A DNA stretch of 15,223 bases from NCBI GenBank assembly GCA_030668875.1, contig DAOVER010000061.1:1-15223 (forward strand), given 5' to 3'. The stretch's first letter is position 1; each line of letters begins with the position of its first letter. Below the pieces are notes generated by a model that made no database searches, was not told where the DNA came from, and saw only the letters and a list, made by a program, of their open reading frames with translations. Position numbers and translations under genes: made by a program. Source of the DNA: Candidatus Heimdallarchaeota archaeon. Its GTDB lineage: Archaea > Asgardarchaeota > Heimdallarchaeia > Heimdallarchaeales > Heimdallarchaeaceae. Of the stretch, positions 9,102-15,223 are shown piece after piece.

Positions 9102-9148
9102 AAACAAATTTTATGTTCTTTTTATGGATTTAAAAGCTACAGTATTAC

Positions 9149-9183
9149 TTTTCCACTCGAAGTAAACCCCGTTCCATCGGAAG
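9149..9183. repeat. Direct repeat, copy 2 (right of HEPN-MNT)
   Basis: TTTTCCACTCGAAGTAAACCC CGTTCCATCGGAAG; weaker gapped similarity continues to about 9200 versus about 8325. Confidence 0.9.
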
Positions 9184-9328
9184 TCAAGGTAAGTTCTTCC
9201 AATATAGTCTCATATCTAATAAAGGGGGTTCTTGGACACGTTACTTGCAAAATAATGCAAAATATTTCTGTATGAAAAATAATATAAAGAAGCTCATTAC
9301 TTGAATGAACATAATAGGAGTATTCTAA

Positions 9329-10519
9329 ATGGGATTCATTGCTGAAACTGTATATATCTCTATAGTTTTCGTTTGTCTTATTTATTTAATCTCTCTATTC
9401 AAGAACAGTATCACAGAATGGGTAATTTTGGAGATTGACGAAAAGGATTATCCTTTAGTCAGTATTATTGTTCCTACTTTGAATGAAGAATACAACATAA
9501 GTAATTGCTTAAACAGTCTAATGAATCTAGATTATCCAAATAAAGAAATCATAGTTGTGGATGGAGGATCAATAGATAAAACTTCAGAATACGTTTCGAA
9601 TTATCCTGTCACATTTATATGCGAACCTTACTTACCTGATGAATGGATTGGAAAATCTTATGGTTGCCACTTAGGCTACCTTGAGTCAAAGGGAGAAATC
9701 TTACTGTTTACAGATGCAGATACACAACATTCTCCTCAATCTTTGAAAATAGCTGTAAGTCATATTTTAGGAACAGAAGCTGATTTGTTCTCAATGCAAC
9801 CCTATCAACAATGCAAAAGATGGTATGAATATCTGGTTAGCTATTTCTATTTCTTAGGTTTCATAATAGGTGGGCCTACAAATGATATTAATAATCCATA
9901 TGACAAAGAATCTTATTTGGCGATTGGACAATACATGATGTTTACTCGGAAGGGGTATGAGAATCTTGGTGGTCATCTAGCAGTTAGAAAATCACTAGTA
10001 GACGATTTGTCCCTTGCTAAACTATGTAAAGAGAAAGAAATGAAATTAAATTTTATTAACTCTTCTGATTTAGTCTCAACTAGAATGTATCCTAACAGTT
10101 TTTTGGATTTTTACAATGGTTTCAAAAAAAGTATTGCTGGCGGAATACTTACAGTGACATTCTTGAGATTTCTGTTTGCAATGTTCTGGTTAATTTATTA
10201 TTTGTTAGCTCCTTATTTCTTGATACTCTATTTTATCACAAAACCAGACTGGTATGTGTGGGATTATGGTATAGGCATAGTTGTGAATGTGGGCCTGTAC
10301 TTAGCATTTGCAGTCAGTGTTTGGTTGTACTGGAGGAAAAAAGGAGATTGGAAATGGTATTTTTTCCTATTTTTCCCTATTACAATGTCAATAGATTTCA
10401 TTCTGATTGTAACCGCCATCTATTCAGGTTTCCGTGGAAAGAAAGTTGTATGGAAAACAAGATACTACTCCACTAAACAAAGCTCATCGAAACCATTAAG
10501 TAGTGAAATAGAGCAGTGA
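9329..10519 (+). CDS. Membrane-bound GT2 glycosyltransferase (CrtQ/CruC/HpnB-like, lipid-acceptor type)
   Basis: N-terminal TM; VSIIVPTLNEE, EIIVVDGGS.D.T, W.GK..GC, FTDADT, GQYMMF.R..YE..GGH.AV, DDL.LA, RMY; about 3 C-terminal TM helices. Confidence 0.88.
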   Translation: MGFIAETVYISIVFVCLIYLISLFKNSITEWVILEIDEKDYPLVSIIVPTLNEEYNISNCLNSLMNLDYPNKEIIVVDGGSIDKTSEYVSNYPVTFICEPYLPDEWIGKSYGCHLGYLESKGEILLFTDADTQHSPQSLKIAVSHILGTEADLFSMQPYQQCKRWYEYLVSYFYFLGFIIGGPTNDINNPYDKESYLAIGQYMMFTRKGYENLGGHLAVRKSLVDDLSLAKLCKEKEMKLNFINSSDLVSTRMYPNSFLDFYNGFKKSIAGGILTVTFLRFLFAMFWLIYYLLAPYFLILYFITKPDWYVWDYGIGIVVNVGLYLAFAVSVWLYWRKKGDWKWYFFLFFPITMSIDFILIVTAIYSGFRGKKVVWKTRYYSTKQSSSKPLSSEIEQ

Positions 10520-10738
10520 GTCTCTGTGTTGATGTTGAATGTGATCGGTTGCAAATGTGTGATAATAACGATTGAAATAAAGTGAAGGAAAACTAGTCGC
10601 ACTCTTAAATTTGTAAACATCTTTTATATATCATCATTCACCTTGAAATCAAGGGAAATATGGTTATCTAGGTATTTAAGACTATACTTTTCAGAATTAA
10701 CAAACAAATTTTATTAATGATAATACTTAGTGTATAGT

Positions 10739-11299
10739 ATGTCCAAAGTATTGATTTTCAATGGCAGCCCTAGGAAAAAAGGCAATACTGTTGTTTTAAT
10801 TAATGAATTCACAAAAGCTCTTACTGAATCAGATGTTGAATTCGAAATCTTTCATCTGAATGAGATGAACATCAAACCCTGCCAATACTGTAATTGGTGT
10901 GTCAATAACAATTCACTCTCTTGTGTGCAAAAGGATGATATGAATGATTTGTATCCCAAGTTACTTAACTCAGAAAAAATAGTTCTAGCTTCTCCCATTT
11001 TTTGGTTTAATATATCTGCTCAGATGAAATTGTTCATAGATCGTCTCTATGCTCTTCAAGGTGAAAAGGAATACACCTTAACAAAGAAGAAGTTTGCGAA
11101 TATTCTAGTGTATGGAGCTAATAATCCTGAAAGCTCTGGAGTGTTTAATGCAATAGGATTTCTAGAAGACATGCTGAGATTTATGAACAATGAGATAGTA
11201 GGTACTGTTCATGGTACGGCACATAAAATAGGTGATGCTGCAAAAAATCTAAAACTTCTAGAAAAGGTTTATGACCTTGGAAAGAAATTTGCAAGTTAA
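10739..11299 (+). CDS. Iron-sulfur flavoprotein / flavodoxin-fold NADPH-dependent FMN reductase family
   Basis: NGSPRKKGNT FMN loop; CQYCNWC-x7-C matches the Isf CX2CX2CX4-7C motif; also ASPIFWF and QMKLFIDR. Start is ATG 10739 or GTG 10730. Confidence 0.88.
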   Translation: MSKVLIFNGSPRKKGNTVVLINEFTKALTESDVEFEIFHLNEMNIKPCQYCNWCVNNNSLSCVQKDDMNDLYPKLLNSEKIVLASPIFWFNISAQMKLFIDRLYALQGEKEYTLTKKKFANILVYGANNPESSGVFNAIGFLEDMLRFMNNEIVGTVHGTAHKIGDAAKNLKLLEKVYDLGKKFAS

Positions 11300-11343
11300 A
11301 ATAAAAAAAAAGAAAAGCGAAGTTTGTTAGATCTTAGACTTCA

Positions 11344-11862
11344 TTAGAGATATACTCTTATGAACCCAGCCATCAATGGAGGGCCACCAGGATAAATACT
11401 TGCAAATTCCCCTTTAACAAATATCTTATAGTCTCCAAGTGTTCCATGAGATGTAAATTTTCCTGAAGTGATTCCATGATCAAATCCTAAAACAGTTACA
11501 CCTGCCCATTCTAGAGCTAATCCTCTATAACCCCCTGCTTGATTCCAAACACCTACAAAGCAATTGGTTCCTTTCCCACCACCTAACTTTGTGATTAGAT
11601 CAATTCTGAAAACTTCTGCTGTTGCATAAACTAAGCCTGTCATCATATCCTCACTATCTATAGAGAATATCCACGAATTGTCCTTCTGGTGAAGAACCAT
11701 GTCTTCATCAATCCATTGAACAGCCGGACCTGTTGTGGAAACTAGGTATTCCATAACGGAGAAATTAAGTGTGGTTGTTTTGGCTTGTGTTGGTAAACTG
11801 CCAGAGGCTATAAATCCAGCAAGAACTAACAAGCTGATTATTGCTATTTTTTTGTTCTTCAT
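11344..11862 (-). CDS. Secreted hypothetical protein, beta-strand-rich
   Basis: Signal peptide MKNKK + hydrophobic core + TQA-K; AGAAGG upstream of the start; the A-tract at about 11300-11316 would read as a U-tract terminator on this strand. Confidence 0.75.
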   Translation of the reverse strand: MKNKKIAIISLLVLAGFIASGSLPTQAKTTTLNFSVMEYLVSTTGPAVQWIDEDMVLHQKDNSWIFSIDSEDMMTGLVYATAEVFRIDLITKLGGGKGTNCFVGVWNQAGGYRGLALEWAGVTVLGFDHGITSGKFTSHGTLGDYKIFVKGEFASIYPGGPPLMAGFIRVYL

Positions 11863-12072
11863 ATTTTTCGCCTTCTTTAAGTAAGATCTCAGTTTATAAT
11901 TTCTGAAGTCTTAAGCTAGACAATTAACTGTTCACAAGATAAATATACCTCATGTGGGTTCTTGGATTACATACGTGAACCGTTGTACTGCGGTCTGATG
12001 TTTGGTTCTTTTTAATAATCACTAACTATTTGTGAATTTCGTATGTAATGCAAGGGACAACAAGCATATTTT

Positions 12073-12930
12073 TTATTCCTTGTCAAAAATAAATGAAAAA
12101 TCTTCAGGAGGTTCTTTTTTCTTTATTTTCCTTATCTTCTTAACATATTTCAAAAAGATTGAATATCTTTCAATAGTTTGTTTATCAGTTTGGTTTTCCC
12201 AGTCAGTTTCTGTCATAATCTCTCTGATTTGATTGACTAGAATGTTCAATTCTTCTGCAGGTAGATCATATGCTAACTTTTTAGCCAGAGTTATATTTGC
12301 TGTATCAACATCTGGTAAATCGTATCTTTGAATATCTTTCTCCCATGCTTCAAAAGATGGAGCAATCTCATCAGTAGAGAGTAAGTCGATAATTCTATCT
12401 ACAATGAAGGGTTCAAGTTCTTTGAATTTAGAATACGCCAAAGCATATTTTTTTGAGTATTCAATGTTAATCTCATAATAATCATCAGTTGGGAAGAGCT
12501 GATGGATACTTCTTATGATGAAAATTCCACTTGGGAAAGAGATTTGTAAATATCTTGCTCTATATGGATTATCTTCATAAGGTATTAACCTGATATCCTC
12601 TACTGACTCTTTTATTGATAATTTCCAAATTTTTGAAATAAATTTGAATAGAAAAGCTCCTGTGACTTCATCATCTTTATTCTTCAAAGGAAGAACAGGT
12701 AACCTTCTTCTGGACAAACCACTATATATCTTTCTAAAATCTGTTGTATTTATCTCGCTCCCTTTCAATTTGTAGTTTTTGGATTGAAACCTGATTTCAT
12801 CATCAATGTCTTGAATTTTCCAATCAGGTTTCTCAGTAGCATTTATTTGAAATACAGCTATTCTACTACTATCCTCTATATCTAGGATTTTTTCGAGTAT
12901 GAACCGTAGATTATTCGATTCATTATCCAT
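12073..12930 (-). CDS. Hypothetical soluble protein
   Basis: 285-aa ORF with coding-like composition, starting 24 nt after the GGR-family stop; no family recognised. Confidence 0.75.
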   Translation of the reverse strand: MDNESNNLRFILEKILDIEDSSRIAVFQINATEKPDWKIQDIDDEIRFQSKNYKLKGSEINTTDFRKIYSGLSRRRLPVLPLKNKDDEVTGAFLFKFISKIWKLSIKESVEDIRLIPYEDNPYRARYLQISFPSGIFIIRSIHQLFPTDDYYEINIEYSKKYALAYSKFKELEPFIVDRIIDLLSTDEIAPSFEAWEKDIQRYDLPDVDTANITLAKKLAYDLPAEELNILVNQIREIMTETDWENQTDKQTIERYSIFLKYVKKIRKIKKKEPPEDFSFIFDKE

Positions 12931-12954
12931 ATATAAAGTAAAATTACACTTTTT

Positions 12955-14331
12955 TTAAGTATTACCTAAAAAATTAGGCTCTAAGTCTTCAATTTCTTTG
13001 AATAGTTGCATAGACCTTAGTAACCATTCATGATATTTTCTAGTGTTATATTCTTTTGGTAATCTCTTATAGTGCTTGAAAATTTTATTGGCTTGCATAG
13101 TGAGTTTTCTGATATAGAGCATTAGCTTAATTCTTTTTATTCCCTTAAATGCTGTAAATACTGTTCTAAGTAAAGTTATTTTTCTGAATTTAGCATGAAT
13201 CATGTTTTCTAAATCTGTTCTAGTGACTATTTTTTTTCTCATAAGAAACGACGTGTCATCTTCACTCAGTTTCTGTAACCCCAACCTTAGGATATCAATT
13301 GCTGCTAAATATCTTCCTCTCTCCTTTGTAAATCGGACTTGATACTCCCACAAACTATCTATTGAAACTTCCTTTCTTCTAACAGCTGGTACGATTACTT
13401 CTGCTGCAATCTTTGCTGCAATCATAGCAGACCCTATCCCACAACCAGTGGTCGGGATTGTTTGGCAAGCAGCTTGCCCTACAAGCATGAACCCATACCA
13501 AGCCAAAGTAATCGGTCTTCTGATGACTATTTTATCTCCACCACCTCTAAGTTTCTTATTTTCAATTGATGCATTTGAATTGACAAAATCGTTTACCATA
13601 CCTTTTGGTGATTTATTTGTAATAGATTTTCCTACCCCAGCACCGATATCTAGCTCGTTCTCTTTCTCGAAATTTAACCAACTGAAGCCTCCATGATACC
13701 CATATCTATAATATAACGTGTCATGTTTTATTTCATGTTCTCCCCAATGAAGATTTTTTGAATTTATTTTATGTAACTCTCTATGAGCCTCAATAATATC
13801 TGATTTGTTAAGTTTAAGATTCAAATCTAAGATCTCAATATTCATGCCTAAAATACGCTCTCTTCCTGAACAGTCTACAATCATTCTTGCATTGTGAATA
13901 ATCTCATCTTTTGTTTTCACTCCTACTACCCACATTCCCTTCCCCATCGGTTCAACAACCTCTGTTTCAAATACAAATTCACAACCTGCTTTTTCAGCAT
14001 TTGATAACAATCTTTTTTGAAAGAGTTTTCTATCAACTATCCAATAATCGTAATAACCTAAATGAATTATAGTTTGTAAGTCGGGGGTAAGAATCGCAAG
14101 ATGATCGCGTTCATCTCTTATTTCCTCTCCTTTAGGAGGTTGAATTCCAGCAAATGTAAAGGCTTTTTTTTCTATTGAATCGCACCAATCTTCTGTTAGG
14201 TTGTCTCTTGATTTTTTCTCAATAACTTTCACTTTGATTTTTGCATTAGCTAGGTGAAAACCTAAAACACAACCAGCTATTCCAGCACCTACGATGATTA
14301 CATCATAGTTTTTCTCTTTCTTTTTAGACAT
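12955..14331 (-). CDS. FAD-dependent oxidoreductase, geranylgeranyl reductase family (divergent paralogue)
   Basis: YDVIIVGAGIAG Rossmann motif, VDRK.F...L...A...G, IVDCSG, and GQAACQTIPTTGCGIGSAM (GD-motif variant). The PxxYxWxFP motif is degenerate (GGFSWLNF). Confidence 0.82.
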   Translation of the reverse strand: MSKKKEKNYDVIIVGAGIAGCVLGFHLANAKIKVKVIEKKSRDNLTEDWCDSIEKKAFTFAGIQPPKGEEIRDERDHLAILTPDLQTIIHLGYYDYWIVDRKLFQKRLLSNAEKAGCEFVFETEVVEPMGKGMWVVGVKTKDEIIHNARMIVDCSGRERILGMNIEILDLNLKLNKSDIIEAHRELHKINSKNLHWGEHEIKHDTLYYRYGYHGGFSWLNFEKENELDIGAGVGKSITNKSPKGMVNDFVNSNASIENKKLRGGGDKIVIRRPITLAWYGFMLVGQAACQTIPTTGCGIGSAMIAAKIAAEVIVPAVRRKEVSIDSLWEYQVRFTKERGRYLAAIDILRLGLQKLSEDDTSFLMRKKIVTRTDLENMIHAKFRKITLLRTVFTAFKGIKRIKLMLYIRKLTMQANKIFKHYKRLPKEYNTRKYHEWLLRSMQLFKEIEDLEPNFLGNT

Positions 14332-14399
14332 TAGAAAACTGTAAGTTATTACTATTCTTTAGTTTTGTGCCAAAATACATAATAAAGGGAGATTTCCCT

Positions 14400-15005
14400 T
14401 CAATCAACACGTACTATAACTTCTAGTAAAAAGGTTAATCCTGCAAGTATAATAGCTGCTGGTAGTATCTTTAATGCATAAAGTATCTTGTTTTTTCCAG
14501 ATACAGCTCCTAGAAACATGCCTAAAGTTACAACTTCAATTACAACAAGACAGGTGGAAATTATATATGCTATAGTCATGGAACTTTCTATATCTGCAGC
14601 TCCTAAAACAAATAGAAATGGTATAATTGCAATTAACGAAAATATTAGGGGTGAAATACCATCTACGAATGCAGTTATTAATGATACCCATTTGTTAGCT
14701 TTCGAGATTTTTGTGTTGTCAAGATCTATTACCATTGCTTTTTCTAGTTCTTTTTGTTCTTTTGTTCTTTCAGCACTTTCTGTTAGATAAGCAATCCAGA
14801 AACCTGAAATTCCCATAGCAAAACTTGCACTCATTCCTGCGATAATTAGAATTGTAGGATCTGTTGCACCTGCAATCCATGAACCAAGAATAATTCCAAA
14901 CGCAGTTAAAGCTCCATCAAATCCATTCATCACAAAATATCTGCGTAAAATATTTTCTCCCTCAACCATAGACAAGTATTGTCTAAGATTATCAATTATT
15001 GTCAA
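14400..15005 (-). CDS. VIT1/CCC1-family (TIGR00267-like) membrane protein, possible Fe/Mn transporter
   Basis: RRYFVMNGFDGALT..GII.G, G...S.AMGISG..AYLTE.AER; about 5 TM helices; TTG start. Confidence 0.85.
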   Translation of the reverse strand: MTIIDNLRQYLSMVEGENILRRYFVMNGFDGALTAFGIILGSWIAGATDPTILIIAGMSASFAMGISGFWIAYLTESAERTKEQKELEKAMVIDLDNTKISKANKWVSLITAFVDGISPLIFSLIAIIPFLFVLGAADIESSMTIAYIISTCLVVIEVVTLGMFLGAVSGKNKILYALKILPAAIILAGLTFLLEVIVRVD

Positions 15006-15083
15006 TTTATGAATCCCTGACTTTTTTTCGTTATTAACGCTTCTTAAGAGTTTATTTTAAATGTTATGCTATTGATTATTAAC

Positions 15084-15223
15084 TGTTAACTCAACAGACA
15101 TGGGTTACACTTGAGGGTATAGAGAGAGTCAAGGGCACATTCATAAACCTTTCACCAGGAGTTTGAAGGTTTATTCCTTGATGAGGGCGGGAGAAGTTGT
15201 AATAGTCACGATAACGACGGAGG
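15084..15223 (-). mobile_element. Right end of an IS481-like insertion sequence (runs off the window)
   Basis: The minus strand ends ...GTGTAACCCATGTCTGTTGAGTTAACA-3' (TGT...ACA-type terminus), and the transposase stop codon lies inside this terminal segment. Confidence 0.75.
15091..15222 (-). CDS. C-terminus of a DDE integrase-core (rve) transposase, partial; not in the ORF track
   Basis: My translation: LRRYRDYYNFSRPHQGINLQTPGERFMNVPLTLSIPSSVTHVC*. 'YN..RPH.GI...TP.E' is the IS3/IS481 integrase-core signature. Confidence 0.85.
   Translation of the reverse strand, partial: LRRYRDYYNFSRPHQGINLQTPGERFMNVPLTLSIPSSVTHVC

Noticed and set aside
8275-9183. The 35-bp repeats as a CRISPR array or integron attC sites
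   Set aside because: Only two copies about 840 bp apart and no cas genes. The ends do not fit RYYYAAC...GTTRRRY, and no integron integrase is in the window.
10463-10618. About 51-codon minus-strand ORF (MFTNLRV...) in the GT2-Isf gap
   Set aside because: It overlaps the GT2 3' end, has no motif and no properly spaced promoter.
9226-11965. Shared 11-mer GGGTTCTTGGA (near 9226 and 11956), and the 10-mer ATTAACTGTT shared by 11923 and the IS junction at 15078
   Set aside because: Matches of this length are expected by chance in 15 kb of AT-rich DNA, and the similarity does not extend convincingly.
2036-14790. Short overlapping ORFs in the track (2036-2230, 3086-3298, 5592-5963, 6381-6566, 6834-7172, 7712-8065, 8751-8999, 10258-10476, 12032-12232, 13448-13696, 14488-14790)
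   Set aside because: Each is an antisense or out-of-frame shadow of a longer gene (most with clear family motifs), and none has motifs of its own.
15129-15181. Hairpin TCAAGG..ATAAACC.TTCA / TGAA.GGTTTAT.CCTTGA, first suspected to be an ncRNA or tRNA fragment
   Set aside because: It lies inside the transposase coding frame and has no tRNA arms; any function cannot be supported from the sequence.

Overview
AT-rich archaeal chromosomal segment. Evidence for archaeal origin: egsA, a TIGR00267/VIT1-type membrane protein, a HEPN-MNT pair, a geranylgeranyl-reductase-family flavoprotein and TATA-like promoters. The protein style suggests an Asgard/Heimdallarchaeia-like genome, but that is inference only. 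The most interesting feature is a 1394-aa single-chain protein with two 2-hydroxyacyl-CoA-dehydratase-activator (ASKHA/[4Fe-4S]) domains, a Cys4 linker, a DUF2229-like domain and a dehydratase-like domain. This is the architecture of bacterial plasmalogen/ether-lipid reductases (PlsA/Ger). It is encoded 100 bp upstream of, and on the same strand as, sn-glycerol-1-phosphate dehydrogenase, the signature enzyme of archaeal lipids. A lipid-type GT2 glycosyltransferase and a divergent GGR paralogue lie nearby. Signs of rearrangement: a secreted metallophosphoesterase that switches mid-domain to a beta-helix-protein tail; a HEPN-MNT module bracketed by 35-bp direct repeats, with a premature stop in HEPN; and the right end of an IS481-like element, missed by the ORF track, at the window edge. 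No rRNA, tRNA or CRISPR array was seen. All family calls come from motif recognition by eye; no database search was run.
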